Position numbers and translations under genes: made by a program. The notes below the pieces were generated by a model. The model made no database searches, was not told where the DNA came from, and worked only from the letters and a program-made list of their open reading frames with translations. Shown here in pieces: positions 42,386 to 52,990 of a stretch of DNA of 64,000 bases. The stretch is from Escherichia coli (lineage in GTDB: Bacteria; Pseudomonadota; Gammaproteobacteria; Enterobacterales; Enterobacteriaceae): the NCBI RefSeq assembly GCF_030013595.1, contig NZ_CP122768.1. One strand, 5' to 3'. Numbering within the stretch: the stretch's first letter is position 1; each line of letters starts with the position of its first letter.

Positions 42386-42422
42386 AAAAACCGGCTGAAA
42401 GGCACGCTCTCAGCCGGTTTTA
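42386..42422. terminator. bidirectional terminator between sdiA and yecF (aaaaaccggctga...tcagccggtttta)
   Basis: 9-bp stem flanked by an A-run and a T-run. Confidence 0.55.
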
Positions 42423-42424
42423 TA

Positions 42425-42649
42425 TTACTGACGGTAGGCTTGTTTAATTTGCTTAACCGTTTTGGAAAATACTGCAGCCTGGGTTTCGTCTTCGATCAGC
42501 GCAAGCTGTTTTTCCATCTTTAACATCACGCGGCCCGCGTCAGCTTGTCCCATCGCCTGCAGCATCAGCGTCAGCATCGCTTTCAGGCAGGAGACTTCAT
42601 TTGCCAGTTCTTGATTATTCTCGGCAGTAGAAAAATCAGGCGTACTCAT
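42425..42649 (-). CDS. yecF: DUF2594 small protein YecF
   Basis: 74 aa, synteny. Confidence 0.8.
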
Positions 42650-43107
42650 TTATTTTCCTCGTCATGTTGCAATGAAAATTTGCGGTGAAAAATGTTAAGG
42701 CGGCGGAGTATACCATAAGCTTCGCTAAAAATAGCAGTGGTTGTTTTTTGAGCGTGATATCGGCAGTGCTATAAAATACGTTAATATAATGACCAATAAA
42801 TATTTTTATCATGAATGTTTTTTGCCCGTATTGTTCGGGTTAATTAATGTTACATATTCAGCGGGCTGATTTTCATTTTTGCTGAATAAAGTCAATTTTT
42901 GTCACATTTCATCGCAGGGCTTACAGTGAAACGATCCCGGAAGCCGTTGGTGACGGGCGTGACCATAACTGTGGACAATCGAATTTACAAAAACGAGAGA
43001 AAAATCGAATACCCACCATTTTTAACGTTTCAAAGTTGCAATAAAAACCGCTAATATACGAATGACTAACTATCAGTAGCGTTATCCCTATTTCTGGAGA
43101 TATTCCT

Positions 43108-43764
43108 TTGATCAACGTTCTACTTGTTGATGACCACGAACTGGTGCGCGCAGGGATACGACGCATTCTGGAAGATATAAAGGGTATAAAAGTCGTCGGT
43201 GAGGCATCGTGCGGTGAAGACGCCGTTAAGTGGTGCCGGGCAAATGCCGTTGACGTGGTGCTAATGGACATGAGTATGCCGGGCATTGGCGGTCTTGAGG
43301 CGACGCGTAAAATCGCGCGTTCCACAGCTGATGTCAAAATCATCATGCTTACCGTCCATACAGAAAACCCTTTACCAGCGAAAGTCATGCAGGCCGGTGC
43401 TGCGGGCTACCTCAGCAAAGGCGCGGCTCCGCAGGAAGTCGTGAGTGCGATCCGTTCTGTCTATTCAGGGCAGCGTTACATTGCTTCTGACATCGCTCAA
43501 CAAATGGCGTTAAGCCAGATCGAACCAGAAAAAACAGAAAGCCCATTTGCCAGTTTGTCTGAACGTGAATTGCAGATTATGCTGATGATCACCAAGGGCC
43601 AGAAGGTCAATGAGATCTCAGAACAGCTCAATCTCAGTCCGAAAACGGTGAACAGCTACCGCTATCGTATGTTCAGTAAACTAAACATTCATGGCGATGT
43701 TGAGCTGACTCACCTGGCAATTCGCCATGGTCTGTGTAATGCGGAGACATTATCAAGTCAGTGA
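43108..43764 (+). CDS. uvrY: response regulator UvrY (BarA partner; TTG start)
   Basis: 218 aa [21 protein letters not shown]... Confidence 0.9.
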
Positions 43765-45593
43765 GTGATCAGTTTGACGCAAAAGCGTTTTTAAAAACCG
43801 TAACCAGCCAGCCAGGCGTTTATCGCATGTATGATGCTGGTGGTACGGTTATCTATGTCGGCAAAGCGAAAGACCTGAAAAAACGGCTTTCCAGCTATTT
43901 CCGTAGCAACCTCGCTTCGCGCAAAACCGAAGCGCTGGTCGCCCAGATCCAGCAAATTGATGTAACGGTTACTCATACAGAAACCGAAGCGCTGTTGCTG
44001 GAACACAACTACATCAAACTCTATCAGCCGCGTTACAACGTTTTGCTACGCGATGATAAATCTTATCCTTTTATCTTCCTGAGTGGCGATACTCACCCGC
44101 GTCTGGCGATGCATCGTGGTGCGAAGCATGCCAAAGGTGAATATTTCGGCCCGTTCCCGAATGGCTATGCCGTACGTGAAACACTGGCGCTACTGCAAAA
44201 GATATTCCCCATTCGCCAGTGCGAAAATAGTGTTTATCGCAATCGCTCGCGTCCGTGTCTGCAATATCAGATAGGGCGCTGTCTGGGACCGTGCGTTGAA
44301 GGACTGGTGAGTGAAGAAGAATACGCTCAGCAGGTCGAGTATGTGCGCCTGTTTTTGTCTGGCAAAGATGATCAGGTGCTTACGCAACTCATTAGCCGTA
44401 TGGAAACTGCCAGCCAGAATCTGGAGTTTGAAGAAGCGGCACGTATTCGCGACCAAATTCAGGCGGTGCGACGCGTCACCGAAAAACAGTTTGTGTCCAA
44501 TACCGGCGACGACCTTGACGTTATTGGTGTGGCGTTCGATGCGGGCATGGCTTGTGTCCACGTATTGTTCATTCGTCAGGGTAAAGTGCTCGGCAGCCGC
44601 AGCTATTTCCCGAAAGTGCCTGGCGGTACGGAACTGAGCGAGGTGGTGGAAACCTTCGTAGGTCAGTTCTATTTACAAGGCAGCCAGATGCGCACCTTAC
44701 CGGGTGAGATCCTGCTCGATTTTAATCTTAGCGATAAAACGCTGCTCGCCGATTCCCTTTCAGAACTGGCGGGACGCAAGATTAATGTTCAAACTAAACC
44801 TCGCGGCGATCGGGCGCGTTATCTGAAACTCGCGCGCACCAATGCGGCGACGGCCTTAACCAGCAAACTTTCGCAGCAATCTACCGTTCACCAGCGACTG
44901 ACCGCACTTGCCAGCGTGTTGAAATTGCCGGAAGTGAAGCGGATGGAGTGCTTTGACATCAGCCATACCATGGGTGAACAAACCGTCGCTTCCTGTGTGG
45001 TGTTTGATGCTAACGGCCCGCTGCGTGCGGAGTATCGGCGCTATAACATTACTGGCATTACGCCGGGCGATGATTATGCGGCGATGAATCAGGTGCTGCG
45101 TCGGCGTTATGGTAAAGCCATCGACGACAGTAAGATCCCGGATGTGATCCTTATTGACGGCGGCAAAGGCCAGCTTGCGCAGGCGAAAAATGTCTTCGCC
45201 GAACTGGATGTCTCATGGGATAAAAATCATCCGCTGCTACTTGGCGTTGCCAAAGGAGCAGATAGGAAGGCTGGGCTGGAAACGCTGTTCTTTGAGCCGG
45301 AAGGTGAGGGATTCAGTTTGCCGCCAGATTCTCCCGCGCTGCATGTTATCCAGCATATTCGCGACGAATCACACGATCACGCGATTGGTGGGCACCGTAA
45401 AAAACGGGCGAAGGTCAAAAATACCAGTTCCCTGGAAACCATTGAAGGCGTCGGGCCAAAACGTCGGCAAATGTTGTTGAAATATATGGGCGGTTTGCAA
45501 GGTTTACGTAACGCCAGCGTTGAGGAAATTGCAAAAGTGCCGGGTATTTCGCAAGGTCTGGCAGAAAAGATCTTCTGGTCGTTGAAACATTGA
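43761..45593 (+). CDS. uvrC: excinuclease ABC subunit C (GTG start)
   Basis: 610 aa; GIY-YIG N-terminus, C-terminal HhH. Confidence 0.9.
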
Positions 45594-45649
45594 TGTCTCT
45601 GTAGCAACATAGGGGTAATCTTACTGACAACAGATAGTTACCCGTCATT

Positions 45650-46198
45650 ATGCAATTTAATATCCCTACGTTGCTTACACTGTTCCGTGTCATCCTTATC
45701 CCATTCTTTGTATTGGTCTTTTATCTGCCTGTCACCTGGTCGCCGTTTGCCGCCGCGCTCATTTTCTGCGTCGCGGCGGTGACTGACTGGTTCGATGGTT
45801 TTCTGGCACGCCGCTGGAACCAGAGTACCCGGTTTGGTGCTTTCCTTGACCCTGTAGCAGATAAAGTTCTCGTGGCTATCGCCATGGTGCTGGTAACCGA
45901 GCATTATCACAGCTGGTGGGTGACCTTACCGGCAGCAACGATGATCGCCCGTGAAATTATTATTTCTGCGCTACGCGAATGGATGGCGGAGTTGGGTAAA
46001 CGCAGTAGCGTGGCTGTCTCCTGGATTGGGAAAGTGAAAACCACTGCCCAGATGGTGGCGCTGGCCTGGCTGCTGTGGCGTCCGAACATTTGGGTTGAGT
46101 ACGCCGGTATTGCACTTTTCTTTGTGGCTGCGGTACTGACTCTGTGGTCAATGTTGCAATATTTGAGCGCTGCGCGTGCAGATTTGCTTGATCAGTGA
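45650..46198 (+). CDS. pgsA: CDP-diacylglycerol--glycerol-3-phosphate 3-phosphatidyltransferase PgsA
   Basis: 182 aa. Confidence 0.9.
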
Positions 46199-46248
46199 TC
46201 GTTTCGGCGCAATTTTCAGCAAACGATCAAAAGTGGTGAAAAATATCG

Positions 46249-46276
46249 TTGACTCATCGCGCCAGGTAAGTAGAAT
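46249..46276 (+). promoter_or_regulatory. putative sigma-70 promoter of the glyW-cysT-leuZ operon (TTGACT-16 nt-TAGAAT)
   Basis: Hexamers read directly about 75 bp upstream of glyW. Confidence 0.45.
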
Positions 46277-46349
46277 GCAACGCATCGAACGGCGGCACTG
46301 ATTGCCAGACGATAATAAAATCAAGTTATTAACTGATTGCTTGATGAAT

Positions 46350-46425
<76 letters not shown>

Positions 46426-46479
46426 GTTTAAAAGGCATCGGCGTCAAGCGGATGTCTGGCTGAAAGGCCTGAAGAATTT

Positions 46480-46553
46480 GGCGCGTTAACAAAGCGGTTA
46501 TGTAGCGGATTGCAAATCCGTCTAGTCCGGTTCGACTCCGGAACGCGCCTCCA
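46480..46553 (+). tRNA. cysT: tRNA-Cys(GCA)
   Basis: GGCGCGTTAACAAAGCGG...TTGCAAATCC...GGTTCGACTCCGGAACGCGCCTCCA, 74 nt. Confidence 0.9.
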
Positions 46554-46565
46554 CTTTCTTCCCGA

Positions 46566-46652
46566 GCCCGGATGGTGGAATCGGTAGACACAAGGGATTT
46601 AAAATCCCTCGGCGTTCGCGCTGTGCGGGTTCAAGTCCCGCTCCGGGTACCA
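46566..46652 (+). tRNA. leuZ: tRNA-Leu(UAA)
   Basis: GCCCGGATGGTGGAATCGGTAGACAC...TTTAAAATCC... long variable arm ...GGTTCAAGTCCCGCTCCGGGTACCA, 87 nt. Confidence 0.9.
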
Positions 46653-46695
46653 TGGGAAAGATGAGAATAAAATCAAAGCAATAAGCAGTGTCGTG

Positions 46696-46720
46696 AAACC
46701 ACCTTCGGGTGGTTTTTTTG
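46696..46720 (+). terminator. leuZ operon terminator (aaccacc-ttcg-ggtggtt-tttttt)
   Basis: Hairpin plus T6. Confidence 0.75.
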
Positions 46721-46782
46721 TGTCTTCTTTCTCATTTCCGAAGATGCGTCCGAAGATGATTTTTCTCTGGACGCATCATCAT

Positions 46783-47826
46783 TCATTTTCTCTGGCCACC
46801 AACTACGGGCACTACTTTAACTTTTCGGTCATATGCTGCTGTCTGTCGTGGGTTCTTATGCCCGGAAATTGCTTGCTTCTCTTCCAGGCTGCCTTCCAGA
46901 TCAGAGATACCTTTTGCTTTCAGATCATGAAATGTGAAGTCTATTTGCAGATGAGGATATTTTTCCTGTGCTGCCGCTTTGACATCACGCCAACGAGAGT
47001 TAAAACCATCACGGGTGTACTTGCCTCCGGTAGTTTGATGAATCACAAACAGGCTACTGATTCCCGGTTTTAATGGCAGAGAACGAGCCAGAGCTATCGC
47101 TTTCTGCAGACGAGGCGACCAGGCTTTGATTTGCTTAACGCCGGTTTTTCCCTGACGAATGTAGATCCCGGAATCGAACAGCTGGTCTTTCTGTAATGAA
47201 AGTACATCACTCTGTCTGGCCACACATAAGTAGGCAATCTCCATTGCCACGCGAACAACATCAGGAGACACTTCATAAACGGCCTGATATTCTTCATCCG
47301 TAATATAACGTTCGCGTGCTGTCTCTTTAAACTGCTTAACTCCCTGACAAGGATTCCTCTGGACATAACCTCGTTCATAACCCCAACGGAATACCCTGGA
47401 CATAAAGCTTTTTTCCCTATTTGCCTGAGTTCGGCTTGATAAACCGCGTTGATCCATATAGCGCCGAATATGTTCAGGTTTGATTTTATCCGGGTCGATC
47501 TTCCCGAAGACAGGCAGAACTTTTCCGGAATATTTTGTGTAGTCTTTCCTGGTTTCGACTGCCAAATCCATAAAATCAGGGGAGGTCATGAATTGTTCCG
47601 CGAGCGCCTGAAAAGTATTTCTTTCTTTTTCGTCACCGACCGCTTTTTCATATGCCAGCCATACGGCTGATCGTGGCGCATCCAATGCGCACAGGCGTAT
47701 CGCTTTGTTATCTTTATTCCTGAATTCGTAGGCCGCTTTGCCCTGGTAAACACGAGGCGGCATCCAGTTATCTGCTGGGTTCTTTCTCTTTCCGGCCATT
47801 AAATATTGCTCCAAAATCAGGTTCAT
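46783..47826 (-). CDS. int: phage tyrosine integrase (likely start at MAGKRKNP or MPPRVYQ, overlapping the upstream xis-like gene)
   Basis: C-terminal catalytic region (...HDLKAKGISDLEGSLEEKQAISGHKNPRQTAAYDRK), tRNA-adjacent. Confidence 0.85.
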   Translation of the reverse strand: MNLILEQYLMAGKRKNPADNWMPPRVYQGKAAYEFRNKDNKAIRLCALDAPRSAVWLAYEKAVGDEKERNTFQALAEQFMTSPDFMDLAVETRKDYTKYSGKVLPVFGKIDPDKIKPEHIRRYMDQRGLSSRTQANREKSFMSRVFRWGYERGYVQRNPCQGVKQFKETARERYITDEEYQAVYEVSPDVVRVAMEIAYLCVARQSDVLSLQKDQLFDSGIYIRQGKTGVKQIKAWSPRLQKAIALARSLPLKPGISSLFVIHQTTGGKYTRDGFNSRWRDVKAAAQEKYPHLQIDFTFHDLKAKGISDLEGSLEEKQAISGHKNPRQTAAYDRKVKVVPVVGGQRK

Positions 47827-48031
47827 CTTCTTTTCGCGTCGTCACCTCCTGTAAATTGCGAAATTTTATTGGGTTCAAGAAATGGCCCCAGGTTGTTTTT
47901 GGGTGCCCGTCAGCCCTTTCCATGAAGAAAATTCCAGCCCGGCGAAGAGCCTCACATTGCTTTGATTTAAGTGGGCTTCCCGTCAGCTCGACCATTTCTT
48001 CTCTGGTGATTATGTCGTGATCGCTTTTCAT
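47768..48031 (-). CDS. putative excisionase / small DNA-binding protein
   Basis: 87 aa, immediately upstream of and overlapping int; SD aggaaagacc before the ATG. Confidence 0.4.
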   Translation of the reverse strand: MKSDHDIITREEMVELTGSPLKSKQCEALRRAGIFFMERADGHPKTTWGHFLNPIKFRNLQEVTTRKEDEPDFGAIFNGRKEKEPSR

Positions 48032-48422
48032 GGTCTTTCCTCATTATGTAGCTTATTGCGTCATCTGCCTTCTGGCAGGCACGGGCAATATCAGACTCGG
48101 TCAAAGTCTGTTTCCTGACGCTGGCCGACAGTCGGCCAATTTTGATATCAAATGCGGAGAGCAGAGTTGCTCCCGGTTGCCATCGCAGCATTGTGATCCT
48201 CCGGTTACTGGTGAAACGCAATGCTAGCGATGGTGAGTTTTTATTTCTGATTAGGCGTAATCAGTTCTGGTGGGGGGAATGCCGATTTCTCCCGCGTGAC
48301 CTTAATGTTTTCTGGCAGGTGTAGCCCAAGTTCGCAGCGACTCCGTGCTTCAATAATGCCATTGGTACCATCGGCAAGTACCAGGTGAACCGCGTCACCA
48401 CGCTTTAATGTGAGTTTAAGCA

Positions 48423-48992
48423 TTAGCGTACCCTCAGCGAACGTTCGCCGCGTTCCAGATGTGCGCCTGGTACCGGGTTTAATAACTCGGCTGGTGGTGT
48501 TTCTCCACGCGCCAGTATTTCGGCGGCAACCGCCTCCGCAGATTCAATCACTTCTTTAATGGCTCGCTTGTTTGGTGTAATAACCGTTTCTACATCAACA
48601 AGTGACACGCCTTCATACTCATCCGGGATCTTATCTTTGCTATCGATAATTACCCGGATAGCCCCCTGTGCATCAGTAAATGTGTTTTTTGCGGTTTTTA
48701 GTTTATCCAGGCCAGCAGCTTGCAGGCAGGCGAGCATATGCTTCCGAATTGCTTTTTCCTTGCCTTCAAAGGACGTCTTACGGGTAGCCAGGCGAGACAT
48801 TTCTTCAGCGCAGGTACTGGCATTGCCCTGTAAATTACGGCAGATGACCATCATGGCGTCCAGTTTGTCTCCCAGTTCTCCTTCCATACCTTCAAGCGTG
48901 TCGGCGATCATCTCTGGCGTCAGTTCGTCGGAGGTTTCTAACAGGTCAATCAGACTGGCATATTCTTTTGCAATAGCGATAGCAGTGCTCAT
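48423..48992 (-). CDS. Siphovirus Gp157-family protein (accessory to phage recombinases)
   Basis: Pattern Y..L..LLE...E...DTLEGMEGE...NL...E..RL..RK...E...R..L..L..AG..K.KT..FT......I.D...IP.EY matches the Gp157 family; stop overlaps the recombinase-like gene. Confidence 0.55.
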   Translation of the reverse strand: MSTAIAIAKEYASLIDLLETSDELTPEMIADTLEGMEGELGDKLDAMMVICRNLQGNASTCAEEMSRLATRKTSFEGKEKAIRKHMLACLQAAGLDKLKTAKNTFTDAQGAIRVIIDSKDKIPDEYEGVSLVDVETVITPNKRAIKEVIESAEAVAAEILARGETPPAELLNPVPGAHLERGERSLRVR

Positions 48993-51214
48993 GCTGTTTG
49001 CTCCTGTGCTGCGGTGAGGGCGGTGAGGCGTTCGGTTTTGATTTCATTCAAACGGCGCAGGCGCGAACCAAGATAAGTTGAATACTCCTTATCACCTTTG
49101 GATTCTGCGGCCTTGCGGTGAACTTCTACTTCCCGCGCAATAAGGCCATAGACTTTATTAACTTCATTGGGGGTTACGGCTGCAGCCAGTGTTTTGGCAA
49201 CACCTGAGAGTCGTTCATCCAGTTCTTCACGCAGTCGGGTAGCATCCTCTGCTTTCTCGCTTGCCTTCTTAATACTGTATTCTGTATTCAGCTCGGCGGT
49301 GTAGGCACTATCGTTATGCATATCCATATAAACATCTGCCGCAAATCCCAGATGAGATAGTGCTTTGACGGTGGCATCAGTAAGAGACTTTTTGGAGGCC
49401 TCTTTTTCCATTACCAGTGCCCCTTTGTTATTTTTTGATATGTAATCCGTGTGGCCATATGACGGAATAAATCCTTTCACTCCGTTCCAGATGTACCAGA
49501 GATCTATCCGGATGGTGTGTACTGACAGGCAGAACAGGGAACCGTCAGCATCCCTGACAGGTTTTTGTCCAATAATTTTCCCTGTCTGATCCTGTATAGG
49601 TTCAAGTAATGGCACACCGCGATCCACTCGCTCCTCCTTGATTTCAACTCCCCAACCAATGCCTTCCATTCCCAGCACTTCAGTCGCACGCATCAAAATA
49701 TATTGTGCGCGTATGGAGTGCAGTCCTGCACCGTAATCATTATGTGTGACATACGCAGGATCGGTCCGCTGAACGCGATTCCAGATAGCCAAATTTGCTT
49801 TGCTCTGGTCATCATTCATTGCTGACAGATAATGCTCCATGCGAATTGATGCAGTTTTTTCCTCGGCATGGGGCGGCTCAACCAGCGCGTCAACGTTCTG
49901 CACCAGGTCTTTTACCTGCTCGCTAAGTTTTTCTTGTGGAGGAGTCTCTTCTGCCGGGGTAATAGCTGCAGGTTCCCTCTGTGATACGGCGTTATTTTCA
50001 GGTACGTCATACACATGGCGAGGCGTGACAAACTGCTCACGCAACTGCTGCAAACTACGTTCTCCAGCATTTGCTGCTTCGCTTTTTTCGCCCTGATTTG
50101 AGGGTGTTTCTGACATCATTCCATCAATTGAGAATCGCCCGCCGCCGTGGTTGGTGACTTTTACATCATCCTTTGGTGCTGTTTCCTTTGGCTTCTCTTC
50201 AACAGCATTTGCATCACGCTGCCCGTTAGCTTGCAGCCAGTTGTCGATGTGACTGCGCAGGGATTGCGGGAAGTGGTACGTGTCTTTTGCGGGGGCGCTC
50301 TGAATAACACCGAATACTGATGCGCGGTCATAGGCAAGGATCTGATCCGTTGTGCGCAAGGCCATTGACCAGCGTTTAAAATCCTCCCGATCCTGGCTGA
50401 TTATTTCGTCTGCCGCTTTCAGGACGCTGGGGGTGATTTTTTCCGGGCCAACGGGTAACAGGGCGCAGGCAATTTCACGATCCAGTGTGGCGTGAGTCTG
50501 TTGGTAAGGACGTGCGGATGCTGTTTCTGGTTTTACCTCCGGCAGCATTTCATCGCGTTTACCGGGATTCTCTACCCATTTTTTTATAAATTTGGAGATA
50601 GTCCAACTGGTCGGGTTTTGTTCCTGGGTATCGCAACTTGCCAAAATTGCATGTACCAGATTATTCAATCCAGCAATATGCATGTACTCGATGGGCTTAC
50701 ACGCCACCATGGCATCAAGAACGATGCGGTTAAACGCGTCAACCTCATCCTCACTGTCAGTATCACTGTTGTCGAGCATCTCCAGGTATTCACGCGTCTG
50801 CGCAAGCAATTCACTGTCGACTTCGTTGGCGTCGTGGCTGAACAGCAGGACGGCGGCGAAGCGTTCACGAGCCGGCAGTTTCATCAGGTCGTTAACCTGT
50901 GCGATATCTGCTGAACCGCTATCTGAATCAGCGGGGGTGTTAACTACCCATTTTTCGCCATCAAAACTGTGTTCTGTGGCAAACGTCTCATCAAACTCAC
51001 CGACGCCAGGGCGCGGTTGGCCCGGGGCATCTTCCCAGATTTTAGGTTTGAAATAGTTGTCGCCGTGGTCAGGGTAGGCTTCCCACAATTTGCCGATGAT
51101 GATGTTCTCGGCAACTTTTTTGTTAGGGGCGTCGATGGCGATGGCCAGCGCCGGGATCGCGCCGTTTTTGAGCGCGCCTTTTTTCGCTTCTAACAAGCCG
51201 TTAAAGATGGTCAT
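48989..51214 (-). CDS. large phage recombination-module protein: ~470-aa acidic N-terminal region fused to an ERF/Sak(Rad52-like) single-strand-annealing-like C-terminal domain
   Basis: C-terminal segment ...LFCLSVHTIRIDLWYIWNGVKGFIPSYGHTDYISKNNKGALVMEKEASKKSLTDATVKALSHLGFAADVY resembles ERF/Sak cores; operon partner is Gp157. Confidence 0.4.
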   Translation of the reverse strand: MTIFNGLLEAKKGALKNGAIPALAIAIDAPNKKVAENIIIGKLWEAYPDHGDNYFKPKIWEDAPGQPRPGVGEFDETFATEHSFDGEKWVVNTPADSDSGSADIAQVNDLMKLPARERFAAVLLFSHDANEVDSELLAQTREYLEMLDNSDTDSEDEVDAFNRIVLDAMVACKPIEYMHIAGLNNLVHAILASCDTQEQNPTSWTISKFIKKWVENPGKRDEMLPEVKPETASARPYQQTHATLDREIACALLPVGPEKITPSVLKAADEIISQDREDFKRWSMALRTTDQILAYDRASVFGVIQSAPAKDTYHFPQSLRSHIDNWLQANGQRDANAVEEKPKETAPKDDVKVTNHGGGRFSIDGMMSETPSNQGEKSEAANAGERSLQQLREQFVTPRHVYDVPENNAVSQREPAAITPAEETPPQEKLSEQVKDLVQNVDALVEPPHAEEKTASIRMEHYLSAMNDDQSKANLAIWNRVQRTDPAYVTHNDYGAGLHSIRAQYILMRATEVLGMEGIGWGVEIKEERVDRGVPLLEPIQDQTGKIIGQKPVRDADGSLFCLSVHTIRIDLWYIWNGVKGFIPSYGHTDYISKNNKGALVMEKEASKKSLTDATVKALSHLGFAADVYMDMHNDSAYTAELNTEYSIKKASEKAEDATRLREELDERLSGVAKTLAAAVTPNEVNKVYGLIAREVEVHRKAAESKGDKEYSTYLGSRLRRLNEIKTERLTALTAAQEQTA

Positions 51215-51244
51215 TGGTCTTTCCTCATTACAGGTCAGTGGTCT

Positions 51245-51565
51245 TTAGTAGGGGATTTCATCAGTATCTGGCGTGTATTCGATGCAAAGTAACTGCTGGA
51301 TTTTGTCATCGATAGCAGCAATACGCTGTTGGGCGTCGGCGACTGTTTTCTGTTTTTGCTCATACAGCTGCTCGACCTGCAAACCGATGATGTCGATTGG
51401 CTGGGGCTGGTTGACGGTAATTTCAATTTCGCGGCTTTCCAGAAGGATGTACCTGTCTGGAAAATTTTTTGACATATCAACAGTCGCAACAAGCAGCTTT
51501 TCGTGGCTGAAAGTTGAAGTTGCATAATTAATAAAGAGTGTTACTGGGATGGTGCGCGCTTCCAT
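51245..51565 (-). CDS. hypothetical phage protein
   Basis: 106-aa ORF with SD aaggag 7 nt upstream, first gene after the leader. Confidence 0.4.
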   Translation of the reverse strand: MEARTIPVTLFINYATSTFSHEKLLVATVDMSKNFPDRYILLESREIEITVNQPQPIDIIGLQVEQLYEQKQKTVADAQQRIAAIDDKIQQLLCIEYTPDTDEIPY

Positions 51566-52413
51566 AGCGACTCCTTGGTGATGTATACTCGGGACCGATC
51601 AGCGAATATTGATCAGCTTCCATAGCGTCAGTGTCGTTGGTCTTTCCTCATCACAAGTTTGGTCACTTGTGATAAATCCGAATGGTTTGGTCGCCGTTCG
51701 GGGTAACTGGCCCGCCTTGTGCGGGTCTTTTGCTATCTAAAGGGTGCCGGTTACGTTTCCGGCGTCGTTATGTTTCCATCACGACCGTACGGGGCTGGTC
51801 TTTCCTGTTTTGAGCTGGTCAGGCTCATGGTCAACGCTGGTCAGGCGTGGTACTTCCTCCGGTCTTTCCCTGGTGTCACGCTGCGGGTTTGGCCTCTCCT
51901 GTTGGGGACTCAGGCACAGCGATAAAACCTGGCTGTGTGAAAAAATGGCCCATCGTGCGGACTGGGCAAAGGCTAAACACAGCAAATTGATGATGGGCGC
52001 CCGGAATCGAACCGGGTAACGGGCAGGGAGTTCCCGTTAAACACCTGTTCACCACAACCGGGAGCGCACTCCGCCATTTCAAAATTTAACGACAAAGCTC
52101 AAAGTTGAGTCGATGAAGTGCGCTCTCGTGTTGTAGCCAGGACTCTTCCCTGGTGGTCACACCGTATCGCCTTGATGGTGAATCAATCGCTCATACCTGG
52201 CTGTGGCTTGCACATTCCGGCTAGCTGCTATGGAGACAACGCGTTAAGGCTCCGCTTCCATCCAGACCGCTTCGACACATGTGCCATATGCCGGCGAAGT
52301 CTTTCCCTCTGTCATCGTGTTGGCGCCGACGCGCAAAATTTGATGCCGTCTTTCCGGCTGTCAGAACGTGTTTCTGAACAACTGCCGCTGGGTAAGCGTT
52401 GTTGATGAAAGTG

Positions 52414-52442
52414 ACTTTACAATTTGTATTTGTAATGGTCAA
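52414..52442 (-). promoter_or_regulatory. candidate PL-like leftward promoter (minus strand TTGACC-17 nt-TAAAGT) overlapped by palindromic operator TACAATTTGTA (52418..52428)
   Basis: Hexamers and palindrome read on the minus strand about 120 bp beyond the 3' end of the repressor gene, facing the leader and recombination genes. Confidence 0.35.
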
Positions 52443-52561
52443 CGTATTTTTAAAAAATAATTTGTAGTTAGGGGCAAAAAAATATTCACTGTGTAAAGGT
52501 GTTTTTGTGTTAGGGGGAAAGTTGCATGCCAGCAGCGGCTGGCCTGGAAATTTGAACTGAA

Positions 52562-52990
52562 CTATTTTGTCTGGTTTTTGGCTTCAAGTAGTTCTTTTAG
52601 CAGTAGATCGAAGTGCTCTCTTTTTTCTTTTAGCTCATTGATTAATTTATTTTTTTCGCTCTCAGGCAGTCCTCTGAATAGTTGCAGTAGAGCCTGTTCT
52701 TGCGGGGTTAGTTCTTGATTGTAATTACCCGGGTGTAGCGTGGATTCATCCAAATATTCACCTTCATTCATGAAGAAAAAATGAACAGGGTATCCGGTCA
52801 CTTTTGCTAGCTTGTCTAATTTATCTTTTCTTGGAGTTACCCCATTACACCATGCCTGAACTGATTGAGCCGTAACCCCAATATGGCGAGCTAACTCAGA
52901 TTGAGACCAGCCTAAGTCTTTTAGAATCCGTTGTAGTCGGCTAGCAAAAGCCATGTTTTTCGTTTTTGTGTTCATACCGTAAGGATACAA
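52562..52990 (-). CDS. cI-like prophage repressor (XRE-family HTH, no S24 peptidase domain)
   Basis: HTH WSQSELARHIGVTAQSVQAWCNG; divergent from the cro-like gene. Confidence 0.7.
   Translation of the reverse strand: MYPYGMNTKTKNMAFASRLQRILKDLGWSQSELARHIGVTAQSVQAWCNGVTPRKDKLDKLAKVTGYPVHFFFMNEGEYLDESTLHPGNYNQELTPQEQALLQLFRGLPESEKNKLINELKEKREHFDLLLKELLEAKNQTK

Noticed and set aside
47094-47378. 94-aa ORF inside the integrase gene, same strand, other frame
   Set aside because: Embedded in the conserved integrase coding sequence.
47967-48221. 84-aa ORF overlapping the xis-like gene; also 60-aa ORF 48241..48423
   Set aside because: Starts and frames are ambiguous with no recognisable motifs. 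They may be small phage genes but are not supportable from sequence alone.
51985-52080. Possible tRNA gene on the minus strand (T-arm GGTTCGATTCC + GGGCGCCCA)
   Set aside because: No matching acceptor 5' strand, D-arm or anticodon arm could be drawn, so at most a tRNA-derived fragment. Kept as an observation in the leader finding, not called as tRNA.
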